Positions 17,733 through 28,099 of a stretch of DNA of 64,000 nt are shown one piece after another. The stretch's first letter is position 1. Each line of letters opens with the position of its first letter. A program made the translations under genes and the position numbers. A model generated the notes under the pieces. The model searched no databases, was not told the origin of the DNA, and was given only the letters and a program-made list of their open reading frames with translations. Source of the DNA: Methanobacteriota archaeon (GTDB lineage Archaea; Thermoplasmatota; SW-10-69-26; JACQPN01); NCBI GenBank assembly GCA_016207515.1, contig JACQPN010000022.1, forward strand, positions 129,549 to 193,548, in the 5' to 3' direction.

Positions 17733-18569
17733 TCAGTGGCCCGCGTGGGCGTGCGTGGCCTTCTTGGCCGCCGGTTTTGCATCGCCGGCCCCATCCTCGG
17801 AAGCGACCGGTAGAGGGGCTTTCGCGGGTGAGGCGGGAAGCGGGGTCGTGTACTCTTCGACGAAGCGTATCGTGCGCACCTTCGTGAAGTTCTTGATGTC
17901 GGACACGACGACGTACTTGGCGACGAACCACCGTTGGTCGTACTTGCACGCATCCGGCAACGTGATCGTGGCCACCTCATGTTCGATTCTCGCCTGGAAC
18001 CCCTCGGTCTTGCCGTGCGCGTAGTCCATGTCGATTATCGTGAGGATCTGGGCGCTCGGGTCGCTCACCTCTTCGACGACCGTGAAGACGTATTTCAGCG
18101 CCTTCCCCGCGAGCGGTGGGTTGAAATCGAGTCTCACGCGGCCGGCCGTCACCGACATGACCGTGGCCGTGCGCTGGCCGATGCTGATGCGGGCCCCCGG
18201 GTGAGGCTCAACCTCGCGCTTCTGGAACTCGCGTAGGCTCATCGTCTCGAACTTCGCCGGGTCGCGTTCGCCGTACGCCTCGGGCGCAGGGATCGTGACC
18301 TCGGCCTTGATGCCCACCTTCGCGTCGAGGAGCGCTTTGTCAAAACCGGGGACGACACGGCCGGCCCCTACGACGAGCGGCAAGGCGCCGTACCAAGCGT
18401 CTTCTTGGTACTTTTCGTGCTTGCGGGCCGTCTCCGCGCTGGTAGTGTCGAAGAGTTCGCCGTCGACTTCGATGACTTCGCTTTGCTTCGTCATCTCGTC
18501 TCGGCCACTGCGGTGGCCTTCGATGATGTATGCGTCGTAGTCGACTTTGATAATGGTTCCTTTCTCCAT
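17733..18569 (-). CDS. long-type archaeal FKBP peptidyl-prolyl cis-trans isomerase (FKBP core with an IF insert and a His-rich tail)
   Basis: FKBP motifs VDYDAYIIEG, PLVVGAGRVVPGFDKALLDAKVG; C-terminus ATHAHAGH; ATG at codon 4 of the listed ORF. Confidence 0.8.
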   Translation of the reverse strand: MEKGTIIKVDYDAYIIEGHRSGRDEMTKQSEVIEVDGELFDTTSAETARKHEKYQEDAWYGALPLVVGAGRVVPGFDKALLDAKVGIKAEVTIPAPEAYGERDPAKFETMSLREFQKREVEPHPGARISIGQRTATVMSVTAGRVRLDFNPPLAGKALKYVFTVVEEVSDPSAQILTIIDMDYAHGKTEGFQARIEHEVATITLPDACKYDQRWFVAKYVVVSDIKNFTKVRTIRFVEEYTTPLPASPAKAPLPVASEDGAGDAKPAAKKATHAHAGH

Positions 18570-18604
18570 GGGAAGCACCGGGTTGGCCGCGAGAACCGGG
18601 TGGC

Positions 18605-18616
18605 GGTATTAAAATG
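18605..18616 (-). promoter_or_regulatory. TATA-like element (minus strand CATTTTAATACC) about 40 nt upstream of the FKBP ATG
   Basis: Only AT-rich patch in the spacer. Confidence 0.3.
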
Positions 18617-18682
18617 TTCTCTGGGTGAACGGGTCGGCCTCAGCCTCTTGCTTCTTTGTTCCCGTCCGGCGGGTTGGCATCG

Positions 18683-19483
18683 CTACCGTCGGCACTCAAC
18701 GTTCCACATGAGGCCGAGATCTCCGGCGAAACCATCGATCGTCGCCGCCGGGTCCGAAACGAGCTCTCGCCAGTTCATCGGGTTCTCATCTGTTTGGCGA
18801 AGGATCCCGCCCACGGTGGTGACGTTGGTTGTCTGCGCGAGGGCGACGGAGACGACGCTTGTCCCGGACTGCTGGCAGTTCCAGACCTCGCCCATGATCT
18901 TCGCCTCGGCCGAGGACGACGTGAAGAAGCCGGATCTCTCCACTGTGCCGTTGTATTCGAAGAAGAAGGCGGGGTGGCCGCTTTTCAACTGCCGCTCGCC
19001 GCCGGTCTCCTGGACGCCGATTCGGATCCCGCGCGCCTCTGCCTCCGCGATGACCGCCGCGCGGACCTTTTCCCGAAGATCCTGTTCGGTGGGAAGCAGC
19101 ATGCCTTTGAGCGTCGTCACCGAAAGAGACGCCGGGTATCCGTTCGATCCTCCGCCGGGGTCCTGGTAGACTTTCGTCTGGATCGTGGAGAGGCCGAAGT
19201 TCGCCTGCCTTGGAGCCGCGTCGGAGCGCGCTTGGACGAACTGCCACCCGTTCGCTCCGAGGAGTTCCCGGGGCACCTCCGCCACCGTGAAAGCACCTAT
19301 GCAGCCCGTGGAGGCGGACAGGACGATGCCGCCGATTGCGAGGGCCAGCACGGACTTTGCCGTCACGAGAACCGATTGGGGGCCTGGAGAATAAGGTTCC
19401 TCTTTTGTGCCACCGGGAAAGATGGGTCTTTTTTCATGGCGCCAAGAGCAGATCGATCCGAGCCAAGATTCCCCCGTCCGCAT
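18683..19483 (-). CDS. secreted/lipoprotein-like hypothetical protein
   Basis: Hydrophobic stretch VLALAIGGIVLSASTGC followed by a mixed alpha/beta region; start uncertain. Confidence 0.45.
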   Translation of the reverse strand: MRTGESWLGSICSWRHEKRPIFPGGTKEEPYSPGPQSVLVTAKSVLALAIGGIVLSASTGCIGAFTVAEVPRELLGANGWQFVQARSDAAPRQANFGLSTIQTKVYQDPGGGSNGYPASLSVTTLKGMLLPTEQDLREKVRAAVIAEAEARGIRIGVQETGGERQLKSGHPAFFFEYNGTVERSGFFTSSSAEAKIMGEVWNCQQSGTSVVSVALAQTTNVTTVGGILRQTDENPMNWRELVSDPAATIDGFAGDLGLMWNVECRR

Positions 19484-19754
19484 CGTTCTCTTTCTGACGC
19501 TGGGCGCCGGGGAGGGTCTCCGTGACTCTTACTTGGACATGCTTCGCAGGTCCAATCGCGAGAGGGCTCCCGGTGGATCCCGTACGAGCGGTGGAAACTC
19601 CCCCTCCGGGCCGTGAATCTTGATGACCTGGCGCCACGCGATGCGTCGTCGCGTAACGCCCCGTGGCGAAGGTCGTCAACCGACTCGATGAGCGTGTCGC
19701 GCCACCCAATGGCGGCGCCGCGCGACGCCGGGGTCGTTTTCTTGTACCGGCCGC

Positions 19755-19985
19755 TCACTCGAAGTCCTTGACCGTGTCCACTAGGAAGCTTCGCATCATG
19801 TTGTCGGCGGGAAGCGTCACGTACCTGACCCAGCGACGCGCGCCTTCCTGGTTCACGTACCCGCGCGTTATCGTGATGAACTCGCGGCCGTCGTTCCCGT
19901 CGACGACCTTCTTGAGCGCGATCTCGATGTACCCGTTCTTTCCGAAGCTCTTCGTCTTCTCTTTGAGGACAGAGTATTCTGGCAT
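19755..19985 (-). CDS. small (76 aa) hypothetical protein
   Basis: Normal non-low-complexity composition (MPEYSVLKEKTKSFGKNGYIEIALKK...); GGTGA lies just upstream of the ATG; local GC is lower. Confidence 0.35.
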   Translation of the reverse strand: MPEYSVLKEKTKSFGKNGYIEIALKKVVDGNDGREFITITRGYVNQEGARRWVRYVTLPADNMMRSFLVDTVKDFE

Positions 19986-20142
19986 TCTCACCGAGACCAG
20001 GAAAATGCGTGGAAGTGACAATCGCTTTTTCCCGTTTGAATGGGTCGAGGCCGTCGAACCTCATTCGGCGCCTTTTTCCTGGCGGGGAGGTCGCCGAAAG
20101 TTCCCAAAACAGTCGAACGCGTGCGGGGTCGGGCTCCTGACT

Positions 20143-20580
20143 TCATTGCAGGAAAAGGGTTGCGGCGCCGCCGAGTTTCTGTGAGTTCACTATGAGGACG
20201 AAGTTGTATGCTCCAATTGTCTCGTCGTCGTGCGTCTCGCCAACGTCCACGCCGTATGCGAAATTACCGCCGAACATGTATTCGCGGACCGTCCATGCCG
20301 CTCCGTTGGGGTCCGTGAAGGCGAACGTCTCGCCCGTCGGAACGAGTGCTTGGCCGCGCGGGTCCGCGCCGCCCGTCGCGTAGACGATCTTCGGGGTCGC
20401 CAATTCGATCACGCCGAGCAGGTCGCCGCCGGTCGCCTTGCCGGAGATGACCGCGAAGTTTTCGTCCACGGCCTTCACGGTCACGAATTGTGTCGCCGAG
20501 TGCGAGGATTCCGACGTCACGGCGGCGCCCGCTGTGAGGGCGAGGAGCAAGGGAACCGCGAGCATCGTGGTGAATTTCAT
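20143..20580 (-). CDS. small secreted protein, hypothetical
   Basis: Signal peptide MKFTTMLAVPLLLALTAGAAVT; ATG 20580 chosen inside the 239-aa ORF, whose upstream part is low-complexity. Confidence 0.55.
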   Translation of the reverse strand: MKFTTMLAVPLLLALTAGAAVTSESSHSATQFVTVKAVDENFAVISGKATGGDLLGVIELATPKIVYATGGADPRGQALVPTGETFAFTDPNGAAWTVREYMFGGNFAYGVDVGETHDDETIGAYNFVLIVNSQKLGGAATLFLQ

Positions 20581-20788
20581 CGGCAACTCCAACACGATGT
20601 CGGGAGGAGCCGATATGAAGAGTTTCAAGACGGCGTATGCAAAAACAGTGTGCCCCGAGGGGATTGGAGGCGTCGACTTTTGCCGATTCAGGCGTTCCTG
20701 GAAATTAGTATATAAGTTCTTTCGTGGACCACTATTCGATTCCGCCGGAGGTGGGGCGAAACCAAGGCCGAAAGGGTGAACCGCGCGT

Positions 20789-22144
20789 TCACTTGATGGC
20801 GACGATGAACGGGCTCCCAAGCTGGTCGTCGATCTGGAATCCGCACTCGGTCGATAACCCAAAGTTGGCCTGGTTGAGGGCGTTCGTCGCCCACCAATAG
20901 GCCTCTTGGAGGCTGACCCGCTTGTCCGGCTCCGTGTACGCGGGAAGGCCCATCGGAACGTCGTTCGTCATGTTGTCCGCGGGGCCCCAACCGTCGGCGT
21001 CGCCCGAGCGCGCACCCTCATGCCATTCCTGGAAGTAAAGATGGCCCGTCTGGGTATTGCTGAAGCACTCCGTCACAATCGAGTCCGAAACGCTCACGAT
21101 GCGGCCCGGGCCCGTGACACCCGCGCTCGGCTCCTCCACGGGGCCGTAGATCTTGTCCACGAAGCCGCCGCAGAAACTGCAGGAGATCATGAGGCCGAGC
21201 GGCACGCTGGACTTGAGGGGCTTCAGGAGCTCCGCGAGTTCGCGATCGTAGAGCGCGTCGCAATCCTGGTGCTTGCCCGGTACCTGAAGGCAGATGTAGG
21301 AGCCGACACGACCGTCGTCTAAGTACGCGTTCCCGTGGTCTTCCATGAAGAGGAGGATCTCGCTTCCCGGGCGCGCGTTGGCGCCGGCGATGATCTGGGC
21401 GAGAGCGGTCTTGAAGTTCGCCCTTGTGGCGGCCGGGTACGGGGATGGCCCCGTCACTTTCTCGGTCCGACCGTCGCCGTCCCGAATCTGGCCGTCATCG
21501 TAGAGGAATCGCATGTTCTCGCGCTTGAATCCGGCGGATTCGATGGTCTTGCTGATGTCTTCGAGGAGATGGAAACCCGCGTCGCCGAGGTGGACGTCTT
21601 CCTCTTGGCCTTCCATGTCCTGCGTGCCATGCGTGATCCCGTTGTGGAGGAAGAGGGCGAATTTGATGGGGGCGATTACAGGGTTGGCGGTGTCGTTGCC
21701 GCTCGTGGTCTCGTTTCCTGGGGGATTGACCACGGGGGAGCTTGCCGGGGGTCGTGCGCCTTTTCCGGTGGGTCGCTCGTCCACCGTGACGTCGACCGCG
21801 CCAAAGAAGTCGTCTTCCTGGGTGATTATCTTGATGGTGACCCGGTAGGTGCCGTGCGACCAGTACGTGTGCTTGACTGAGGGCATCGAGTGCGATTCGG
21901 GGGAGCCGTCCCCGAAGGTCCACGTGTAGCCTGCGGGGTTCGGTGGCCGGCTGGACGCGGGCAAGAAGGTGATCTCGTCGCCTTCGAGGGGAGCGCTGGG
22001 CGAAAAGTTGATTCCGATCTCCGTGCCCGCGGGCGTGTAGAGGCTCGATAGGTCATCGTCAGGATTCGTGGGGCCAAATACGCACCCGGCGAGGCTTACC
22101 GCGAGTAGGGGGACGGTGACGAGAAGAGTAGCGCGGGCTCTCAT
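20789..22144 (-). CDS. lipoprotein with a PKD domain and a putative clan CD (caspase/legumain-like) cysteine peptidase domain
   Basis: Signal plus lipobox-like LAVSLAGC. PKD signature GYTWTFGDGSPES...HTYWSHGTYRVTIKI. A His-Gly ... Cys pair (LLFMEDHGNAY, then about 45 aa later LMISCSFCGGF) in caspase-like order. Confidence 0.55.
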   Translation of the reverse strand: MRARATLLVTVPLLAVSLAGCVFGPTNPDDDLSSLYTPAGTEIGINFSPSAPLEGDEITFLPASSRPPNPAGYTWTFGDGSPESHSMPSVKHTYWSHGTYRVTIKIITQEDDFFGAVDVTVDERPTGKGARPPASSPVVNPPGNETTSGNDTANPVIAPIKFALFLHNGITHGTQDMEGQEEDVHLGDAGFHLLEDISKTIESAGFKRENMRFLYDDGQIRDGDGRTEKVTGPSPYPAATRANFKTALAQIIAGANARPGSEILLFMEDHGNAYLDDGRVGSYICLQVPGKHQDCDALYDRELAELLKPLKSSVPLGLMISCSFCGGFVDKIYGPVEEPSAGVTGPGRIVSVSDSIVTECFSNTQTGHLYFQEWHEGARSGDADGWGPADNMTNDVPMGLPAYTEPDKRVSLQEAYWWATNALNQANFGLSTECGFQIDDQLGSPFIVAIK

Positions 22145-22161
22145 ATCCGACCTGTTTCTCT

Positions 22162-22180
22162 CTTTAAATACGATATTAAG
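22162..22180 (-). promoter_or_regulatory. TATA-like element (minus strand TTAATATCGTATTTAAAG) about 23 nt upstream of the peptidase ATG; leaderless-type
   Basis: Seen directly at the canonical spacing. Confidence 0.4.
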
Positions 22181-22395
22181 GTTTGTTGTGCAGTCGATGG
22201 ACACCGCCTTAAGAAGCCGCCACCCTGCTAAATCGCATCGTCAAGGCGGAACCTCGGAAATCCCCCCTATCTTGACCGGATCCTTTTCGGGATTCCTGTG
22301 GGCGTCAAACTTTCCGCTTCGTCTCTTACTAAGAGGCCTCAGGCAGCCACCGGGCGACCGATAGGTTCTTAGCTCCTTGTGGCGCCTATGGTTGC

Positions 22396-23451
22396 ATGAG
22401 GTGGCCGGGCGCCTGCACGATGGTGTTGTGCTCTGTGCTGGTCTCCGGGTGCGTAGGTCCCCTTTCCAATCCGGATTTGAGCCCCGTTGAGGTTTCGAAC
22501 GCCGAAGGGACCGGCCTGGATCCAGCCGATTGGAGAGAATCGGCAAGATGGCTGGGAATTCCAGCGGGAGATTCGTATGGAATCTTGAGAAAGAGATTCA
22601 CCGTCAATGACACCTACGAATTCCTGGGCTCCAAGGTACAAGGCCTTGCCATCGAGCAGGAATCATTGGCTGCCGATGCCCACGTTACCTTTTCGGTCTA
22701 TCGAATCGAAGGCGACGAAGTAGTCTGGTCGACCACCGTGACGGGTTTCTTTCCAGTGGGTGCATCGTCCAGCATTGGTGTTTTGTCGAACGGGGAACCC
22801 GTCGAACTGCTTTTCGTGGTGGCGGCGCACACCGCCTCCGCGGGACGGATACGCATCGGAATCCCCATAACGTCCATTCCGCCCAAGGTTTCGGACAACA
22901 CGACCGCGGGAAGCTGGCTCGCGCATGGTCCTTCGACGATTTCCTTTTATTTACTGCCTGGCCCAAGGTCGTCGACCAGTACCTTTGCTGACGGGCAGCC
23001 GGTTTCCAGTGGCGTAATGGAACGAGGAACGCCCTTTTCGCCCACGGGGGCGGCCGCGCCACCGTTTCTGTCCTTGAGTACGCGACACTCGGGGGGCGCT
23101 TCGGGCGTCGAATTCGCATTGTCTCTGGTGTCGGGCGCAGGAGGAGCGGCCGTCGTCAATGCGACTTGGAGCGGGGATGAGGCCCAGTGGTTTTCCACGC
23201 GAGCCACGCCGCCAAACCGGCCCGCTGGCCACGTGGCAGCGGGCTTCTACGAGGGGGAAACGGGAACCGAGGTGGCCATCACGGGCGCCCTCGCGGTCCC
23301 TTCCATTCGCTTGGTTCATGTCAGCGTGCCCTTCGATTTGGCAACGCTGGATCTCAAGCACAGGCCTTATTTCTCGGGCGCGGGGATGACGGTTCCAGCA
23401 ACGAGTGGTGGAACGTGCGTATCGGCGCCCTCAGGCGGTGTCTGTGCCTGA
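22396..23451 (+). CDS. secreted lipoprotein-like hypothetical protein (351 aa)
   Basis: N-terminus MVLCSVLVSGCVGP (lipobox-like); Ser/Thr/Gly-rich beta-type sequence. Confidence 0.5.
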   Translation: MRWPGACTMVLCSVLVSGCVGPLSNPDLSPVEVSNAEGTGLDPADWRESARWLGIPAGDSYGILRKRFTVNDTYEFLGSKVQGLAIEQESLAADAHVTFSVYRIEGDEVVWSTTVTGFFPVGASSSIGVLSNGEPVELLFVVAAHTASAGRIRIGIPITSIPPKVSDNTTAGSWLAHGPSTISFYLLPGPRSSTSTFADGQPVSSGVMERGTPFSPTGAAAPPFLSLSTRHSGGASGVEFALSLVSGAGGAAVVNATWSGDEAQWFSTRATPPNRPAGHVAAGFYEGETGTEVAITGALAVPSIRLVHVSVPFDLATLDLKHRPYFSGAGMTVPATSGGTCVSAPSGGVCA

Positions 23452-23507
23452 TATTGCTCTTCCCTGGAATCACGTTGGCCCGCTGCCGGCGACACAACAC
23501 GTCGGGG

Positions 23508-24134
23508 TTATCGCGTTTCCAACAGGCCACGACTCCCGCTAAGGAGATGCACTACCTGCCAAACAAGGACTCCGGTGGTTACGGCGATGCCAGCCAACGA
23601 AACGAGAACAAAAAGCCCGGGGAACACGGCTGGTGAGACATCCTCAAGACGAGGTGGACCGATCGCCGTGATTGCGTAAGATGCCGGAGGGCCTATGACA
23701 AGTAGAAACACACCGATTTGCGCGATCAGCCTCGGTGCGGCCAACGGAATCAGAAGAGCTAACGCGGCGGCGGCATAGTACGTTGCTGCCGCGCCAAGAC
23801 CGCTTCCGACCATTCGCATTTCGGGGGTTGGTGTAAATGGGAGTGGAAGGTACCTTACGGTGCCGGCTAAGAATATCGCCGATAGCGTGCATGTGCTTAG
23901 GACAAGGAAGCCGACCTGAGCACCCCGCCGCGTTTCCGGGAGCTGGTTGAGGATCCCGAATGCCAGGAATCCAATCAGCCACCCGAGTGGCACGAGGGGC
24001 ACACCTAGAGGAAGCGAAAATAACGACGCGGTGAGCAAAATCATGCCCACAACGTGCAGGATTCGTGGGTTTTTCACTGGTGCTTCTCCTGAATCGCTGA
24101 CTCGGTCGACCCCAATTATGCGTTTTTCCGCCAT
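23508..24134 (-). CDS. integral membrane protein (5-6 TM), hypothetical
   Basis: Hydrophobic helices throughout; ATG at codon 4 of the ORF. Confidence 0.5.
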   Translation of the reverse strand: MAEKRIIGVDRVSDSGEAPVKNPRILHVVGMILLTASLFSLPLGVPLVPLGWLIGFLAFGILNQLPETRRGAQVGFLVLSTCTLSAIFLAGTVRYLPLPFTPTPEMRMVGSGLGAAATYYAAAALALLIPLAAPRLIAQIGVFLLVIGPPASYAITAIGPPRLEDVSPAVFPGLFVLVSLAGIAVTTGVLVWQVVHLLSGSRGLLETR

Positions 24135-24291
24135 GGAATCCAAGTAACGTTATGCGGGGAATCGTGGTTCTTGACCCGCCTGTTGCCCCCCATGTCAAAT
24201 CCGCGAGTGAAGTGGTCCAGGCCGGTCCAGAGTCGTGGCGCTCATACAACCGACCGCCGTTTGGATTCCGCCCATTGTATTTTTCCGCGGA

Positions 24292-24927
24292 TCAGGGTAG
24301 CCATCCAAGTTCCCGCGAATAAGTACTCAGCAACGTGTCCGCCCCCATGCCAACCCCACAGGCGCGGCCATTCGGGCCCGTAACGCAAACGATTTCTCTA
24401 GGCACGCATGACAACCCTGCGCAGGCGGCCGCACGAGCAGCTCCGTCGGCGTCCACTTGATAGATTATCCCGCGAAACTCGCCAAGGAGCCGGGCACGAA
24501 ATCCCCATTCTGGTGGGGCGACCTGCGGATTGTAATGATCGCCGGCGTCCTTGATCATCTGAATGTAGTCGCCAGGCTCCCCTGTCCAGGTGTTGGATGT
24601 ACAACCACCCGACCAACCGCCGGAACTCCAATCGCCCTCCCCGGAGCAGGTCATCGTGTCTGGGCCGTCGCTCCATCCAGTGCCATAACAGGTCGTGACC
24701 CCGGTGCACGACGCACCTGCCCCGCTTCCGCAACCGCCACCGGCCGAAACGCTGGTCGCCCACAGGTCGTGATTCGCAGAATTGTAGACTTCGATCTTGT
24801 TTTCCTCGCTAGGGCATTGGTCTGCGCAGTCGGGGTGATCGCTGTCAAACGAGCAAGCCCCAGCATCCGCCGACGGAATGCCGGCGACCGAACCCAAAAT
24901 CATCGCGACGCAAAAAAGACGTTTCAT
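24292..24927 (-). CDS. secreted Cys/Gly-rich hypothetical protein
   Basis: Signal MKRLFCVAMILGSVAGIPSADA; about 20 Cys with CxxxC/CG motifs; GW/SGG-rich. Confidence 0.5.
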   Translation of the reverse strand: MKRLFCVAMILGSVAGIPSADAGACSFDSDHPDCADQCPSEENKIEVYNSANHDLWATSVSAGGGCGSGAGASCTGVTTCYGTGWSDGPDTMTCSGEGDWSSGGWSGGCTSNTWTGEPGDYIQMIKDAGDHYNPQVAPPEWGFRARLLGEFRGIIYQVDADGAARAAACAGLSCVPREIVCVTGPNGRACGVGMGADTLLSTYSRELGWLP

Positions 24928-25084
24928 GTGATTTTCACCCTCTCTGGCGCGTGAGGCAAAACGCCCCCCGTGTGCCGAACATGGACATCTGGGTTGATAT
25001 AGTTTGGTGGGCACGCGCAGCCGTTCCGAGCCGCCGGGAAACGTGGCGTTGGTAGTGCCTTCGGGCGCGCGGTCAAAATAGAGG

Positions 25085-27355
25085 TCAGGGGAAATTCCGC
25101 CTTTTCCCCGCCTCGACGACCGCTATGGCCGTCATGTTCACGACATCGTTCACGTCGTCGCCGCGCTGCAGGACGTGGACCGGTTTCGCCATTCCCCGAA
25201 GGATCGGCCCAGTCGCCTCGGCGTCCGCAAGCCGCTGAAGGAGCTTGTACGCGATGTTCGCCGATTCGAGATCCGGGAACACGAGCACGTTCGCCGCGTC
25301 CGTGAGCTTCGAGAACGGGTAGGTCCCTCGGAGGATGTCAGGAACCACGGCCGTGTCCGCTTGCATCTCGCCGTCCACTTCGAGCGTGGGTTGCCGTTGC
25401 CGCACGATCTCGACGGCGCGTCGCACCTTGTCGGCTCGCGGGTGCTGGGCGCTTCCGAAATTGCTGAAGCTCAACATCGCGACGCGTGGTTTCACGTCGA
25501 AGCCTCGGGCCCCTTCGGCCGCCTGTATCGCGATCTCCGCCAGGTCTTCGCTCGTGGGCTCGATGTTCACCGTCGCGTCGGCGAAGAAGAACACCTTGTT
25601 CTTGATGGTCATCATGTAGATGCCGACGACCTTGTCCACACCCTGCGCGACACCGATGACTTGGAGGGCAGGCCGGAGCGTCTCCGCGTAGTGGCGCGTG
25701 AGGCCCCCGATGAGCGCATCGGCATCGCCAAGACGCACCATCATCGAACCGTAGTAGGCGCGTAGGCGAAGCAGGCTCTCCGCCTCGGTCATCGTGACGC
25801 CTTTCCGTTTTCTCGCTTCGAAGAACTCGTTCACGTAAGCGTCGCGGCGTGGGTCCGTGAATATGTCCACGATCTCGGTCTTGAAGTCGAGGCCGAGGGC
25901 CTTCATCTTCGAGCGGATCTTCTCCTGGTTTCCGAGGAGGATCGGGTAGGCTATCCCCTCGTCGGTGAGGATCTGGCAGGCGCGGAGGATCTTGTCGTGG
26001 TCGCCTTCCGGGAACACCACGCGCTTCGGTGAGCGCTTCGCCTTGTTGAGGATTATCCGCATCATCTCGAAGGCCTTGCCGAGTTTGGCTTCGAGTTCGT
26101 CGCGATACTTCGCGATGTCGACGGATCTCCGGGCGACGCCGGAATCCATCGCGGCCTTCGCTACGGCCGGGGCGACCCAGAGGAGCACACGCGGATCGAG
26201 GGGTTTTGGGATGATGTAATCGGGGCCGAACTTCAACGCTTCGAGTCCGTACGCGTCGAGTACGGAATCCGGCACGTCTTCGCGTGCCAAGGAGGCCAAA
26301 GCCTTCGCCGCGGCGCGCTTCATGTCCTCGTTGATGGCGCTTGCCCTCACGTCGAGTGCTCCCCTGAAGATGAACGGGTAGCCGAGGACGTTGTTCACCT
26401 GGTTCGGGTAGTCCGACCGGCCCGTCGCCACGATCGCGTCCGGTCGGGCCCCACGCGCCTCCTCGTACGGGATCTCCGGGTCGGGGTTCGCAAGAGCGAA
26501 GATCACCGGCTTCGCGTTCATGGGTTTCAGCATGTCTCCCGTGACGACGTTCGGCGCGGAGAGGCCGAAGAACACGTCGGCGCCATGAAGCGCCTCCTTG
26601 AGCGACCGGGCACTCGTCGCGCCCGCGAACTCCTCCTTGTACGGGTTCATGTTGTTGGGCCGGCCCTTGTAGACGACGCCTTCGCGATCGACGAGGGTGA
26701 TGTTCTCGCGTTTGGCGCCGAGTGTGACGTAGAAACGCGCGGAGGCGATCGCCGCGGCCCCAGCCCCGGATATCACGATCTTCACGCGTTCGATGCGTTT
26801 CCCGGTGAGTTCCAGCGCGTTCATGAGGGCCGCGCCCGAGATGATGGCGGTCCCGTGCTGGTCGTCGTGGAAGACGGGGATCTTCATCTCGCGCTTGAGG
26901 CGCTCTTCGATGTAGAAGCACTCGGGGGCCTTGATGTCCTCGAGGTTGATCCCGCCGAAGGTGGGTTCGAGCCGTTTCACGGTCTCGCAGAACCTGTCGG
27001 GGTCGAGTTCGTCGATCTCTATGTCGAAGACGTCGATGTCCGCGAACTTCTTGAAGAGAAGTCCCTTCCCCTCCATCACGGGTTTCCCGGCGAGAGCCCC
27101 GATGTGGCCAAGTCCCAGGACGGCGGTGCCGTTCGTGACGACGCCCACGAGGTTGCCTTTCGCCGTGTAGCGGTAGGCGTCCTCGGGGTTCGTCTTGATG
27201 TCGAGGCAGGGGATCGCGACCCCCGGCGTGTAGGCGAGCGAGAGGTCGCGTTGCGTGGCGGTGGGTTTCGTCGCCACGACCTCGATCTTCCCGTGCGGTA
27301 GGCGCTCGTGGTATTCGAGGGCCTCTTCCTTGGTAGGTTTGTGCGGTTTCTGCAT
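25085..27355 (-). CDS. maeB: NADP-dependent malic enzyme (malic enzyme domain plus a phosphotransacetylase-like C-terminal domain, MaeB type)
   Basis: 756 aa; malic-enzyme motifs ([16 protein letters not shown]) plus a C-terminal PTA-like domain. Confidence 0.9.
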   Translation of the reverse strand: MQKPHKPTKEEALEYHERLPHGKIEVVATKPTATQRDLSLAYTPGVAIPCLDIKTNPEDAYRYTAKGNLVGVVTNGTAVLGLGHIGALAGKPVMEGKGLLFKKFADIDVFDIEIDELDPDRFCETVKRLEPTFGGINLEDIKAPECFYIEERLKREMKIPVFHDDQHGTAIISGAALMNALELTGKRIERVKIVISGAGAAAIASARFYVTLGAKRENITLVDREGVVYKGRPNNMNPYKEEFAGATSARSLKEALHGADVFFGLSAPNVVTGDMLKPMNAKPVIFALANPDPEIPYEEARGARPDAIVATGRSDYPNQVNNVLGYPFIFRGALDVRASAINEDMKRAAAKALASLAREDVPDSVLDAYGLEALKFGPDYIIPKPLDPRVLLWVAPAVAKAAMDSGVARRSVDIAKYRDELEAKLGKAFEMMRIILNKAKRSPKRVVFPEGDHDKILRACQILTDEGIAYPILLGNQEKIRSKMKALGLDFKTEIVDIFTDPRRDAYVNEFFEARKRKGVTMTEAESLLRLRAYYGSMMVRLGDADALIGGLTRHYAETLRPALQVIGVAQGVDKVVGIYMMTIKNKVFFFADATVNIEPTSEDLAEIAIQAAEGARGFDVKPRVAMLSFSNFGSAQHPRADKVRRAVEIVRQRQPTLEVDGEMQADTAVVPDILRGTYPFSKLTDAANVLVFPDLESANIAYKLLQRLADAEATGPILRGMAKPVHVLQRGDDVNDVVNMTAIAVVEAGKRRNFP

Positions 27356-27464
27356 CGTTTCCGGCGTCGCCTATGGATTTCCTGGTTTAAGCGTTTGGCG
27401 CGTCAGGGTGACAGAAACAGGGCATTTCATCGTCAAACGCACGCCCGGGGCGATAGGCCTCCAG

Positions 27465-27752
27465 ATGAAGCGAGTGCCGTTGGCGGGAACCGTTCGGCGC
27501 GCAAAACTTGCAAAGGCTTATCTTGACAGACAGCGAGACAAGGAAGTGACTGCGGCACTCGTTCCCTCGAAGCCGACGGCGGCCCCGCCGATGTGCGGCA
27601 ACTGCAAGCGTTCTGCCACCCACATCCTCGGCGGTAGCTTCTCGAAGTTGAAATCGCCGCGAGTCTACTTCTGCGCCGATCACGCCCGCGAATGGAACCT
27701 CGCCCACAAATTCGGTGAGAAGGCGGCCGTGATACGCGCGGCTCCGGCGTAG
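27465..27752 (+). CDS. small Cys-containing hypothetical protein (96 aa)
   Basis: ATG inside ORF 27255..27752, past the part that overlaps the maeB start; CGNC...FCADH pattern; weak evidence. Confidence 0.3.
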   Translation: MKRVPLAGTVRRAKLAKAYLDRQRDKEVTAALVPSKPTAAPPMCGNCKRSATHILGGSFSKLKSPRVYFCADHAREWNLAHKFGEKAAVIRAAPA

Positions 27753-28099
27753 TCGCCTCGACAGGATGACGCGGGGCGCGATCCGGCATCCGTCCCGGCG
27801 CACATGTTCGGCGATCGACGCCCGACTTGTGCGCGATTCCGGGTAGCCCTCCCACAGGTCGGTTTGAAGGGCGACCACTCGCTGCTCCCTCCACAAGAGG
27901 CCTCGCCTCGTGACCCCGTCGGAGCGCGTAACACGCCGTCGGCTCGGTCGTGTCGTGGCGACCTCCGATGGCTGACCTTTATCCTTGGCAGGGAACGTAT
28001 GAGCGTTTCGGCAAACGTTTAAGACCGGGAGGGGCCAGGGCTAGGTTCTGAAGAAGGCTGAAACCTTTGGCAAGAGACAATCCAAAGAGGGTGGGCCCG

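Noticed and set aside
19363-20064. 233-aa Arg-rich ORF spanning the 19.5-19.75 kb gap
   Set aside because: Low-complexity RR/ER-rich translation with no start context. The interval is treated as non-coding, possibly a structured RNA.
25338-26921. 527-aa minus-strand ORF (R/P/G-rich) and other long ORFs overlapping the malic enzyme gene
   Set aside because: Extreme Arg/Pro/Gly low complexity; same strand, different frame from a well-supported maeB. These are the classic high-GC alternative-frame artefact.
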